In this document: positions 51,981 to 64,000 of the stretch, piece after piece | Numbering within the stretch: position 1 is the stretch's first letter | How the letters are laid out: every line of letters starts with the position of its first letter | NCBI RefSeq assembly: GCF_964355755.1 | Contig: NC_092672.1 | Coordinates: forward strand, 14,818,001-14,882,000 | Direction: 5' to 3' | DNA length: 64,000 nt | Source of the DNA: Antedon mediterranea | Lineage: Eukaryota > Animalia > Echinodermata | Translations under genes and position numbers: made by a program | The notes under the pieces: model-generated | What the model saw: the letters and a program-made list of their open reading frames with translations, nothing else | The model's database searches: none | Told to the model about the DNA's origin: nothing

Positions 51981-54083
51981 TCTGTAGATAGCAAAAAAAG
52001 GTTAAATTGTTCTGTTCATGCAGGGCTGCAAATTAAGGGGTATTTGGTCGCATTTGCGACCTAATTTTTCTGTTTGCGACTAAAGAAACAGAATAGGTGC
52101 GACAAGATCGTCTGCTTGTGCGAGTTGTTTCAAATTGAAGTCAGGTGTGTTTTCCCTATTTCAAACACTGTGTTGTAATTTAATCTCTCTACTACGGAAG
52201 GCTCAGGAGTTTCCACTAGTCACCGCCGCCGCAAAGGAGTCAGGTTCATTCAAGCGTACAGTACAAAGCCCCTAAACATTTTACACTCGTTGTGATTGGA
52301 AGTTCGTCCATTTATTGCATGCTGCCTTATCCAATCACACAAAAGGACACCAAACACACAGCACAGCACAGTGCGACGCGCGGACGACACAAACCTCGTG
52401 GAAAATCACCTCCGTTTTAAAGAAGGAATATAAAAACAATTGTACCGCCGTACACAGAAGTATGCCAGCGCGGGCGCGGTAGATACAAAGGATTGTCGCC
52501 GCGCAGTCATCAGCATTTTTTAGGCAGTATAATGGTTATATCATGATTACTAAATAATGTAATTAATGATATATATAATAATATCTATTCATTATATAGA
52601 TTAAACAGCAGTATTGTTTATCAGTAGATTTAATACTTTATTCCAGATTCTGATTATCGAAAATTATATATCAGAGAAAATACCGCAACTTTTCCTACGA
52701 AGTAGCTTCGTAGATAAAACAGGCTACGTTGTTGGCTTTGTAGGTTACATTGTTTGGCTTCCTTAGTAACCTCAATAAACAACCTCACGATGTTCTTAGT
52801 AAGTAACAAGGTGTGAAAATTATTATTTACGGTAATGTGTTATTTTTGACTGGCGGAGGAGGACCAATTTGTACATTACTAAGAAATATATAATATAATA
52901 GTTTTTATTCGTAAATGTTTCATTCGTGTGTGTTTTTTTACTCTCAACGGCGAATATAAATTTCCCACAATGTAAACGTAGAGACACGATCCAACACAAT
53001 GAACTATGCCAACTAATAAAAATAATATAGCGAACGTCCAGTCGATCCAGAAACATGCAAACAAAAATATCGTAAACAATTCATTCTAAATATAGTATCA
53101 GAACGTTCAATCGGTCGCTCAAAAAGACTGCCGACAGAAGACCGTAATTAATACAGACCTAGTTTTTTGGTCACATGTCATGAAACTCGATACTCTGTTT
53201 TACCACCGCAAACCTCTCGCATGCTTTTTTTACTCGGTACGAGGGGGATGGCTACAAAACAGTGTACCTGAATTTTGCGTCACATGAAACGTAATACAGC
53301 TCTAAACTGTTTCCACGGTTCGCACGTTTTTCCCCTCCAAACTCTTGTCGGGTCTTTTGTCGTAATAATAATTTACAAAGGCCTATGTTAAATCTTAACA
53401 TGGAATATATATTTATTTTGCATATACTGTATTTTGTTGGTGTCCTAGCCAAGGTGTTGTTGTTTTTATAATTCGCTAAACCAAGGTAGGATTGAATCAT
53501 GTAGGCCGCCGAAACTCTCTCTGCGTGAACTGAGGGCCTCGGGCCCGATGTCGTCTCGTCGGCGGATGTCCTGCCAAATTAGGACAACCGATGTGTAGGG
53601 TGGCTACAAAAATTAACGTCTAGGATTTTAATTAGCCAACAATACATGTTTGTTTCCATTGTTCATGCTCCTAAAGGCGATGACATTGGTGTTTACAAAT
53701 TACTAACCCTACGATCGGCGCGTAGATATTATCATAAACAATACATACATCGTATGCATGGCAACAAACAATACTTTGGAAATTACAGGATGTTTAGCGA
53801 ACAATGACCGGGTGTCACGAAACCTAAGACCCCCTAAGACCTAAGATCACGAAAGCTAAGACCCAAGACTACAAATATTTATCTTTCGCACCTGCCTTGT
53901 ATTTTAACTCCCAACATTTATTCTGAATACCACACCTTAGAATTGGCACTTTTATGAAAAAGAATCACATAAAAAGTAACAAATACATTTTTAAATTGAT
54001 GATTTTACAAACGTTTTTCTCGCACACAAACTGTTTGCGAATTTCGCATGACTAGCCTACAGTACAGTAGCAGTAGGCCTACC

Positions 54084-55734
54084 CATGGATTAAAGAATAG
54101 AAGGATATGCATCGACGGTGACATCAAACGATTTTACAACGCGCTTGCCTATACTAAAGCACTGCTGCCAATCAAACAAACACGCTCATTGTACTCCGTG
54201 TCTCTAACCGCGGCCCTCTCTAAAACGCTGCGAATCAACTGTTACATTTTTTTTAGACCAAAACGTAACCATGTAGAAATCGTATGCGCAGTCTGAATGT
54301 CCTATTGACATGTCTGCGTCGATGATTAATTGACAACAAAAATATATTGCTGAATAATTCTGTTTTAGTTTCATCACAATCGGACTACGAAAAGTTCACT
54401 TTCTTACGACTGGTAATTTTAAGTAGTTGGTAATATTAATAAAATATGCAATTTTTATATTTGAATTATCATTATTTGCCTGCCATCTTCTGTCATTAAA
54501 AATTGCGTTAATCTATAGAATATTAAATTATGCACTTGACCATGTATGTTGTTAGCGTGGCCGGTGTTCACCCATACAACAATCGTGTTTTTAATATATG
54601 GCTAAGCAGTGGTTTTTTCATAAATCTCCTTAATTATCGATGTGATTATATTTAAATTGTAGTGCCTGGTGATTGGCTAGTGGTTATGTCATCCACATCA
54701 CATCCAATCACCGGGTCTAATTGAATGAAAACAGCGATTCCTGATCCGGGATTGGCTGGCTATGTATAGTTGCGATTCGTTATCTAGCGGTTGTTTTGAA
54801 AAGTACACGCAGGGCAAACTTAATCACGAACAAACGAAGTACCTATTATTATTCACACAAGAAGTAAGACAACGGTGAGTATATAGATCATGATTAGGCC
54901 TACACGTTGTATATCTACTACACTTAAGATTAGCCTAGGCTTACCTAGGCAGTATCAATGTCGGCAAATCATATGGTTTACTAGTAAGCCTAGAAGGCCT
55001 AGGCCTAGTATACTTGCTGATTTTGTAATTTTACATGTAGGCTGAGACAACAAATAAATAGTTATTGTCTCAGATGTAGGGCTACTACAGGTCATAAAAT
55101 GCTACTTTAATGTCATAAAAACATTAGCGTAGATCAATCGCGGCAGAAACCTATACTAATTACAATTATAGCATCTACAATTCTAAGCCAATAACAATAT
55201 AGTATTGTTTTTATCTGGTATATTGATGAAGTAGGCCTACACTAGGGTCTTCACAACAACATACAATGTAATTTAATAACTGTTTTCAATAAACATTATA
55301 CTCAGTGGCGTGAGGCAGAGGCCTGAAGCCACTTGTTTAGGAACCTAAGTGGCCCTCCAAGTTTCAAAGATTGAGGCCTCGGACGTTTTTAGCATTTTCG
55401 ACATATTTTATGCCTGTTCCTCTGGGCACTGCTCATGGGCCCCAAGCTTCGGTTTAGCCAGTGAGTGCACATAGCCGTTACGCCACTGATTATACTGTTC
55501 AAATATGTATGAATACATACAGTGCAACAAAGAACGCGCGAAAGAAGGTAGTCAACAACAAGGTTAAATGTCGTTGCACATGTGCAGTAAACAATATATT
55601 AGGCATGCGACCGTTTCGTTGTTACCATGCGGTTAATTAAACTGTAACATTGTGGGCGGTCCGCGGTCTGTCGGTGAGAGTCAAGGAACCCTTGATCTCA
55701 CGTCGATGCATATCCTTCTATTCTTTAATCCATG
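54084..55734. mobile_element. P-superfamily-like non-autonomous element with 7-bp TSD
   Basis: Perfect ~34-bp TIRs CATGGATTAAAGAATAGAAGGATATGCATCGACG; TSD GCCTACC (54077-54083, 55735-55741). Confidence 0.85.
55303..55488. mobile_element. hAT MITE with 8-bp TSD
   Basis: TIRs CAGTGGCGT / ACGCCACTG; TSD ATTATACT (55295-55302, 55489-55496). Confidence 0.85.
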
Positions 55735-55739
55735 GCCTA

Positions 55740-56016
55740 CCATGTTCAATGTTTTTGTTTCTATGGAACGTCAAAAGAGCAAAAATTATATAGAGGGCTG
55801 AAAACTCTGTGGAGTCCATCTACAGTGTGGATGGAACAATGTAAAATTAAAATTGTAATGATAATAGTATAATCATGCAAGTACGAAGAAATAAATACTG
55901 GCAAATAAATTTTAATTTAAAAATCATGATTTGTTTCGTTTTCTTTCTGTTTTTATACTTGTACTATTATTGTTGCTCTTTTGGCGCTCCATAGAAACAA
56001 AAACATTGAGCATGGG
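55740..56016. mobile_element. Small TIR element (MITE)
   Basis: CCATGTTCAATGTTTTTGTTTCTATGG / CCATAGAAACAAAAACATTGAGCATGG. A related end lies at ~19965-20020. Confidence 0.6.
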
Positions 56017-57439
56017 GGCCGGGAGCTCGAGGAGTTACAGTATACAAAGAAACATGTCTGTAAAATCATCAATTTAAAGGATTTATTTATTTGTTTTTAT
56101 GTGTTTTTCCGTCTGAAAGTACTTATAAATCCTAATTTTAAAGTGTGGTATTCAGGATAAAGTTAGTCAACAAATTTGGAGTCAAAATACAAGAAAGGCA
56201 GGTGCGGAAGAAAAACATCCTCTGAACCAACACAATGGAGTAAATATATACCAACAAACAACCCGTCAAGTTTGTTTGTTGTAAAGAAAAAAATATACAT
56301 TTACTCAACGGGCGAAAATAATGTGAGTTTATCTATGTTTTGCGGTAGTATTTAATTATATTTATGGTAATAAATGAAACCTACTGTGTTTAAAATTATG
56401 TATGGATAAACAAGTATTGTTTTTAAGCTGTAGTATATCTTAGAATTTGTAATCTTAGGTCTTGGGTCTTAGCTTTCGTGGTCTTAGGGGGTCTTAGCTT
56501 TCGTGGTCTTAGGTTTCGTGACACCTAACAATGACCTACAATCTATTTACGCGTAGGCTACGAAAGGTTACGCGTATATACAAAGCAGTAATTTCTTTCT
56601 GTAGCGTAAAAAGAATAGATCTTGCATGAATATAAGTGGCGCATCAGGACCAGTGCCTAAATGTGCATAACCCAAATTAATTGAATTCTTCAGTGCGGAA
56701 TTTTTATGTGCTCAGAAATCGATTGAAACAACCTATAATTACTCAAAAATCTCCCCCCCCCCCCCCCAAAGCGGGGCCATTGGCGCCCCCTGACCCCCAG
56801 CCTAAGGTTGTATTTCATTTTTATACACCCCCACCACCCCCTTCCCCCCTAAACTAAAAACGTATCTGCGCGAATAAGGGAAGGGGGTTAGTTGTCGATG
56901 AAAAGGTGACTACTAAAAAAATTGGTGGTGCTACCAAAAATTATTATGAGCCGTCATACAAATTTGATAGTGCTACCAAGTAAAAAAGTTAATTTGCAGC
57001 CCTGTCATGTAAATGAAATATCTAAGAAAGCTAACGACTAGCGATCATTAAATTTAAAGTACTCTTTTCCAACAAATGTCAATATGATTATTTATTATGG
57101 TCTTTTTTATATTTAATGACAAAAATAATATTATCTTCCATTGGCTGTGCCAATTTATTTTCAAATGTCAACTTTTGTATTCTGTGTCTTTAATCCTGAA
57201 AGAGAAAGAAATATTTTACACCTTTTAATAGTATTAGTATACTGTACTAGACTACATGTCAAATATCATGTGACAGTGACAGAACTCGTTATCATACTAA
57301 TAGTAATTGCAATCATTAAATTTGAATCTGAAATGGCAGGAGTGAATTGTTTACCACTGGAGTGGTATTCTCTATTCAGCCTAGGCTAGACGCACAATTA
57401 ATGGCGAGTAGGTCTACTTTCAGATTCAGATTTATTTGG

Positions 57440-59127
57440 CAGGCCTCGAATTTGGGGATTTTAGGGGCAAGGCCATTTGGCCTCCGGTTTTCATTGATTT
57501 TAGGGGCACCAAGGCCAAATGGGAGGGCACCAAGGCCATTTGTTTTAAATCAAAGGGGCACCAAGGCCAAAATTAAAAAATATTTTAATAACTAGGCCAA
57601 AATTTAAAAATAGCTTTTTTCCGGTTGAATGTTTTGGGATTTCCCCCTATTCATCAGATCACGGAGTAGTAGTAGGACTGTTTACAATACATCTTTTTGT
57701 ATTTCATATAAATATTACGTGTATTTACGATCTATATAAATAATAAATAGGTACGATGTTCAGCGTTTATAGTTTACCGTCCTGTGTTGAATGTTTCGTT
57801 TAGTTTCAAATAATGCGATAAAAAGGCATGTGAAGCCAACCAAGTAAGGCCCGGAACAGGTATAAAAACCCTTCCAACAGCAAGCTACTCAGCCTAACTT
57901 AGCTAGCAGCCGACGGAGAAAACATGATACAAAAACAATTTGTTTGTAGGCCTTACCTACAACTATTCATACACAGAGTGTTTACCACGGTAAAAATCAA
58001 GCCAATGACATTATGTAGTAGAATATAAATTATAGTTATTTTCCGAGTTTCGATTTCTGAAGCTTTTTTGTTAGTATAACCCATATTTATAAGAATTCAA
58101 AACACGGACGGACACCGACCCCTTTCTCTCTCTGTTTAGCCTTCGGCACGTGTATTCTGGACTATACCATTTCCTTGAATTCGGTAAAAACGCGTTTGGT
58201 AATTTAGTGTACGACGTTGTTAAACAAGAGTTTTCGATAATCTGTCTGCCGGATTATTGAGGTGGGTGCGATAAAATATAAATATGATATACTTCCAACG
58301 ATCTTCGGGTTGAGGTGCAGGTTTAACTTTGGTGCTAAAGGTAAACACCCCTAATTTTACACGTATAATGGACTACACCATGCAGGAACGCACGTGGTAT
58401 TTTCTTCTCAGAGGGTGCGTGTACGTCAAAAGGAATTGTTTTTCCAACGATCCGCCGATCCTTCGCGCGTGGTACTCTCACACGCGACGTTTTTTGTGTG
58501 TGAAATTTCTTATCAGAGGGTGCGTGTGCGTCAAATAGAATTGTTTTCCCAATGCATTGAATTGCGTGTGTTCGACCGGATCGGCGGCGGGAGGATAGGC
58601 TAGGCTAGCTAGGAGCGAGTGCGTGTAATATTTTTTTCATCGAAGGCGGCGGCCGGCTAGCTCGATTATTGTGCGACTTTAATACTTTCAGTAACCTCCG
58701 ATCGAGGAACGTTTTTAGCTTGATTATTAAAAGTTTACACCCCTGTATATTGATGTACTATCTATACCATGATTTACCACGCACGGCGGCCGGGATGATA
58801 TTGTTTTGGTACCCTTTTGCAATGTTCGATGTTTTGTTTACTGTTTGTGTATTAATAAATGCGTTTAGGGAAATCCCCTTGCAACGAAGACAGGCGATAG
58901 TTTTGCGTCTCGTCTGAGTCGTGTAAACAAATCTTCTTGACATTATTTTCTATCTAATTCAGTGGTTTTTATTGTGGTAAAACTCGGGAAGGGCACTCGC
59001 GGCCAACGCAAAAAAAAGGGCAGGCCAGTAGTGGCCGTGGGTGCTATTCATTTTCGAGGGCATTGAGGCCAACTGGGAGGGCACCGACGGCACTGGCCGC
59101 GGTGGCCGCGGTAAAATTCGAGGCCTG
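57440..59127. mobile_element. CAGG-ended hAT-like element with 6-bp TSD
   Basis: TIRs CAGGCCTCGAATTT; TSD ATTTGG (57434-57439, 59128-59133); GGGCAC / AAGGCCA subterminal repeats. Confidence 0.8.
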
Positions 59128-59324
59128 ATTTGGTCCTTGCGGAAATTCATGACAGGCACAATCGCTCACATTACAATAACATAAAAAATATATAAATAAG
59201 TAAAATATATATAAAACAATTAAAAAGTTGTAATATACTAATAATGATACACTATACAAAATAAACTACAAGGTGTTAAAGAGTATTTCTCATTAAAAGC
59301 ATGGATGGAAAAAGGGACGAATGA

Positions 59325-59672
59325 ATTAATATATCTGCTATGTAGTCACTTTCATGACCTTCACCATACATAATCTGGATGTATTAATATATCTGCTATG
59401 TAGTCACTTTCATGACCTTCACCATACATAATCTGGATGTATTAATATATCTGCTATGTAGTCACTTTCATGACCTTCACCATACATAATCTGGATGAAT
59501 TAATATATCTGCTATGTAGTCACTTTCATGACCATCACCATACATAATCTGGATGTATTAATATATCTGCTATGTAGTCACTTTCATGACCTTCACCATA
59601 CATAATCTGGATGAATTAATATATCTGCTATGTAGTCACTTTCATGACCTTCACCATACATAATCTGGATGT
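59325..59672. repeat. 58-bp tandem repeat, 6 copies
   Basis: Unit ATTAATATATCTGCTATGTAGTCACTTTCATGACCTTCACCATACATAATCTGGATG(T/A). Confidence 0.95.
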
Positions 59673-59879
59673 TTATCATTTAGCATAATGCCTTTTGTCT
59701 TTTCTAGGACTTTTTGCGGTACATGTTACATCAATTTAGCAACAAGCCCTTTATGGTGTTCTCTCCAGTTAAGCTTGTTATCAATAGTCAAACCAACTAG
59801 ATACAATTTCAATTACATCATCATGAATCTTAACAGAAGCATGAACCCTACCAGATGCTATTCTGGGAAGAAACAAAAA

Positions 59880-61890
59880 ATCGAAAATCCCAGCAAAAGT
59901 GACATATCGTGCTGAAACATTATTTGAAACTCCCACTGATAAAGCGGAAGTCATAAATTCTTATTTTAATAGTATTGGTGAAGAAATGGCAGAAAAGGCA
60001 AATGAAAACTACCCACATGTAAATCCAATAGACTACATGAATAATCATAGCATACAAAACTCCATGTTCTTTACTCCGTTAACAGAATATGACGTCAAAA
60101 CATACCTATCGGACCTGAACACAAGCAAGTCACCAGGCCATGATGATATCGGGGCAAAATACATAAATAAAAATGCTAATATATTAACTAAACCTGTTAC
60201 GTATTTAGTCAATCTATCACTCAGCACAGGAGTCTTTCCAAATAAACTTAAATTGGCAAAAACTATACCGATATACAAGAGTGGCGTTAGAGAAGATATA
60301 CAAAATTATAGGCCTATATCCATACTATCTTGTATGTCAAAGGTGTATGAACAAATTGTTTATGAACAAACATTGTCATTCCTAAATAAGTACAAAATCC
60401 GACAAAAACGACAGACAGTACGGTTTTAGATAAGGGCACTCGACAAACCACGCCCTCTTGCAGACAATTGAGAAAATATCAGTGGCAATTGACAATAAAC
60501 AGTTTGTTTACGGCGTCTTTCTCGACCTATCTAAGGCCTTTGATTCGATAAACCACAACAAACTTACTAAAAAATTACCCTATTTTGGGATCAGAGGTAT
60601 TGTACATCAATGGTTTTGCAGTTATCTAAGCGAAAGAGAAAAATTCGTAACTATTGACGGTATAAATTCCGACAAAAAGTTGATAAAATACGGTGTCCCT
60701 CAAGGATCAATCTTGGGTCCGTTATTATTCCTAATGTTTGTAAATGATATGCCATCAGTGTGTACCAGTACACAACTAATAATGTTTGCCGATGACACAA
60801 GTGTTTTCTTACAACACAACAATGTAAACGAAGCTATTGATATTATGAATAATGAATTAAAAAAATAAAATTTGTGGATTAAGGCAAACAAACTTACCAT
60901 AAATACTAAAAAGACCAAATTTATGGTTTTTAGTGGTAGAAATATTACTATTGATACATCCCATGTAAACATTTTTATTGATCAAGACGTTATCGAAAGA
61001 GTTTATCATAACAAAATTGTTAGGAGTCCTACTTGATGAAAAAATCAATTTCTTACAGCATATTAATGTAATCACTAGTAAAATTTCTGCCATTATTGGA
61101 GCTATGAATCTCTTAAAAACCATACTACCATATGAAATATTGCCCATTATTTATAAATCCCTTATCCTTCCCATCATTACATATGAAATAACTGTGTGGG
61201 GTACTGGTAGCATAAATAATTTAAATAGAATTCATGTTTTACAAAAAAAGGCCCTCCGAATAATATGTAAAGTCCACTACCTACTGTACATCCATCCTCT
61301 ACATTATTCATTAAAACTAATACCTTAAACATATTCGATCTATATGAAAAAAATGTAGCAAAATTAATGTTCCTCTACAAAAATGGAAAATTACCAGAGT
61401 AATTTGATGGATTTTTCAAAACCTTCGACTCGTATCATGATTATAACATGCGCAATAAAAACAATCTTGTAATAGATCTGAAGCATACAAATGTTGGCCG
61501 TCAAGGCTTCTCGTAATCGTATACTGGGTCTGTGTGGAACAATCTATCGGACGATATAAAACAATGTAAAAATATATCATTATTTTAAAAGAAATTAGAT
61601 TGTATTTATATTGAACGTTTATAAAGTATTTGTGTCAAGAAGAAAACTGTCTTATTTGCAGAGAAAAAAAGTAATCATCATTATGTATTATTATTATTAC
61701 TTACAATGTTATTAATTATATGTATAAGTTAATATAGTTTCATATTTATTATCTTGCAGTATTATAAAAAAACTGTTTTTAGTAAATTTCTATTCTTTCA
61801 TGCATACTATTAAAATAATTTGTTTTATATTTTTAAAGGGTACCACAGTTGTAAAGCTTTGCTTGTTCGTGGTTGCCCTACTCCTATTCA
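59880..61890 (+). mobile_element. 5'-truncated L2/CR1-clade LINE, frameshifted ORF2 (reverse transcriptase)
   Basis: ORFs 59899-60429, 60458-60868 and 60978-61328 carry KSPGHDDI, NYRPISIL, FLDLSKAFDSINH, GVPQGSILGPLLF, FADD and LGVLLDEK. Confidence 0.92.
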
Positions 61891-61971
61891 TATTATTGCA
61901 TTTGTTTTAAAATTGTTAAGTTAAAAATTATGATTTGGAATAAAGTGAAGGAAATTCAAGATTTACTATAC

Positions 61972-62185
61972 TCAACAATAATTTCTTTTGTTTTCTTGCA
62001 TCAGTCCTACAATTACTGTGTCATCTGCATATTTAAGCAAATAGGTATTCGGGTAATGGGATTTACAATCGTTAGTATAGTACATACAACAGAGGTGATA
62101 AACAACAACCTTGAGGAGAACCAACATCTTTGGTAATAACATCAGATAGACCATTAGATACCTTATTAACATGCTGTTCCCTTAA
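61972..62185 (-). mobile_element. Rex1/L2-like RT remnant
   Basis: GSPQGCCLSPLL... and YTNDCKSHYPNTYLLKYADDTVIVGL. Confidence 0.75.
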
Positions 62186-62254
62186 ATATAGGAACTTTTA
62201 CTAATCCAGGAAATTAATTATAGATTAACCACAAGTTTCTGAATTAAGAAAGAC

Positions 62255-62350
62255 TACTACTAGCCCTACTAACTAGGCCTAGCGGCTAGCCTAGCTAGGC
62301 CTATACCTACTAGCCTAGCCAGCCTAGTAGGTAGGCCTAGGCCTATCCTA
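62255..62350. repeat. TAGGCCTA/CTAG-rich tract in putative ACK1 intron 1
   Basis: Begins ~20 bp inside the donor at 62369. Confidence 0.85.
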
Positions 62351-62369
62351 ATAATCAATTTACAATTAC

Positions 62370-62770
62370 CTTGTAAGTTGTAAGTTGTTGGGAGTAGTTC
62401 TCGGATTCCTATTTCTCAATTCCTCAATATCAATCAAGAACTGCAATTTCCGCAAATAAATTACAAGTTTGAGCTAAGCCAAACCTAGTGTAGTGGCCTT
62501 ATACACTATAGAGCAGCCTATTATACACCCAAGACTCGACTTATGATGGTGGATGTCAAAATGTTCTTATTCTTGTTTCCTTCCACCACTTCCTTTTCCC
62601 CTCACACACACACACCACACACAAAATTCGACTTCCGGTCGGTTGGTTTTTGATCATAACTGAATCTGTAGAGGGCGCCTATGGAAAGCCAAACCCGCCA
62701 AAAATACATAATACACACCACCATCCACCAGTAATTCATTATACAAAATTCGAACCATCCAATCTTATTT
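62370..62770 (-). promoter_or_regulatory. TNK2: Putative non-coding first exon (62370-~62620) and promoter of ACK1
   Basis: Donor AAG|GTAATT at 62370/62369; ETS-type ACTTCCGG (62631-62638); CTCF-like AGAGGGCGCC (~62670); CCAAT (~62759). The TSS is uncertain. Confidence 0.5.
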
Positions 62771-63934
62771 CATGCAGGTGTTTATTTATGAATCTCTTTG
62801 ATTTATTTATGTGATTTTATTTATATTTAGTACAGGAAAGTAGGGTCCTACAGAAAGTTCAGTTATCATTAATGGATCTATTTTTCTCTCCATAGTAACA
62901 TAATTATATGCAGGCCTTATTAATACGAATTAAAAACAATCGTTCTAACTAGAGATCCACGTTGCAGAATACTACTATTTCTATAGATCTTGGGACAAAT
63001 TAATTTTAAACATGAATGATATGTTACAACATGACCAATTGTCTTCATTATAGTTTGTGTTGTCGTAGTGTTATGATTGAGAGAAACTGGCTTTAGAATA
63101 CATTGAGTACAAATTGACGGGGTTAGTTGTATTGGACTCATCTATCCTCCAGAGTACTATTCGTACTTGTAAACATTGTGTAAAAATACTTTTTAAAGAA
63201 GCGCTGAATTATGTGATAAAAAAAAAATGGATGGAAAAGTAAACGTCGGTAAACTTGTGGCAGGATTTGTTGTATATGCATATGTTGCGGCACAGTTAAA
63301 TGTGAAACTGATTTTGCTATTAGAAAATGTAAAATGTTTCTCCTGTTTCGCTATTGGAACTTTTTCGCTATTGGTTAGTATATTTCTTTATTTGTAGTAT
63401 TTGCTTATTTATTTTATTCCTTTATATTCTTATATTTTGAGTAGTTCGTTCATTTATCATTGTTCTTCCTTTCAAAATATATTTCTGTGTAGGGACCGAG
63501 ATTTATTAAGAGCTGTAGCCTTTTTGTGATTTGTATGGATTGATTTTGCGGCAGCTGGCTACAGTAGTTTATTTACTTTGTGTTCGAGCTTATTATGCTG
63601 TAATGTCGACGGGTCATGAAAATATTGTCTTTTAATGACGTTATGTTCATTTCTATGTCTTCCGATAATGTTTTTGTCACTATATGTGGACAAATAACAG
63701 ACATTTTGAACTGCACATTTTAGTGGTCTTTATTCCACAAGGTAATATTCGTTTTGTAAGGAGTTGGACATTTATCATCAATAATGTTTATTATCAAACG
63801 TGATGTAACTATATAAAATATGCATTATAAATGTAATCTTTTTCGTAAAAATGTCCTCCTGTCTTGCGCAAAGCTTTTTCAAAAAGCAACGAGAATCGGT
63901 GCAGTCTAGATATTTTGAGTTATTGTAACTTATA

Positions 63935-64000
63935 ATTACCTCCGCCAAGGAAGTTATGTTTCACCCTTGTATGTTTGTGTGTGTGTGTGTGTGTGTGTGT
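63935..64000 (+). mobile_element. 5' end of a HINE family 2-like element with (TG)n microsatellite
   Basis: ATTACCTCCGCCAAGGAAGTTATGTTTCACC followed by (GT)n running to the window edge. Confidence 0.7.

Larger units (their letters stand above)
53810..56526. mobile_element. MULE-like non-autonomous element with 10-bp TSD
   Basis: TSD AACAATGACC (53800-53809, 56527-56536). TIRs (G/A)GGTGTCACGAAACCTAAGACC with tandem CTAAGACC motifs. Confidence 0.85.
52021..57004. mobile_element. CAGGG-ended hAT-like element with 5-bp TSD hosting nested insertions
   Basis: 16-bp TIRs CAGGGCTGCAAATTAA; TSD TCATG (52016-52020, 57005-57009); subterminal TGCGAC / GTGCTACCA repeats. Confidence 0.75.

Noticed and set aside
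59899-61328. Active or domesticated reverse transcriptase gene
   Set aside because: Several frameshifts and stops, 5' truncation and no endonuclease domain: an ordinary dead LINE.
62920-63141. 73-aa ORF upstream of the ACK1 promoter
   Set aside because: No recognisable motif or supporting splice structure.

Overview
AT-rich, intron-rich animal genomic DNA, probably from an invertebrate deuterostome (taxon is inference only). Most ORF-track entries are spurious. Manual splice reconstruction gives three genes. USP48 (- strand) contributes only its 5' end: a putative non-coding exon ending at 4048 and coding exon 1372-1505. TRAIP (+ strand, RING E3 ligase) is complete, with 10 coding exons at 20696-30736 (437 aa), and its last intron is U12-type. 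ACK1/TNK2 (- strand, tyrosine kinase) is complete, with 11 coding exons at 49733-33991 (1317 aa; SAM-kinase-SH3-CRIB-Mig6 homology-UBA). Introns and intergenic DNA are dense with transposons. These include two multi-level nested stacks of DNA transposons with intact TSDs, Helentron-type non-autonomous elements, a miniature LTR element with a tRNA-Leu PBS, a 5S+tRNA chimeric SINE, a Nin/Deu-type SINE, LINE remnants, a Penelope-type minimal hammerhead ribozyme and several young tandem arrays. The most unusual pattern is a TAGGCCTA/CTAG-rich tract just inside the putative first intron of all three genes. In-window evidence suggests TA->TAGGCCTA and TA->TACAGTA are insertion scars, so these tracts may be piles of transposon-excision footprints marking promoter-proximal open chromatin. 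All coordinates were read by eye, and repeat boundaries are approximate unless a TSD is quoted.
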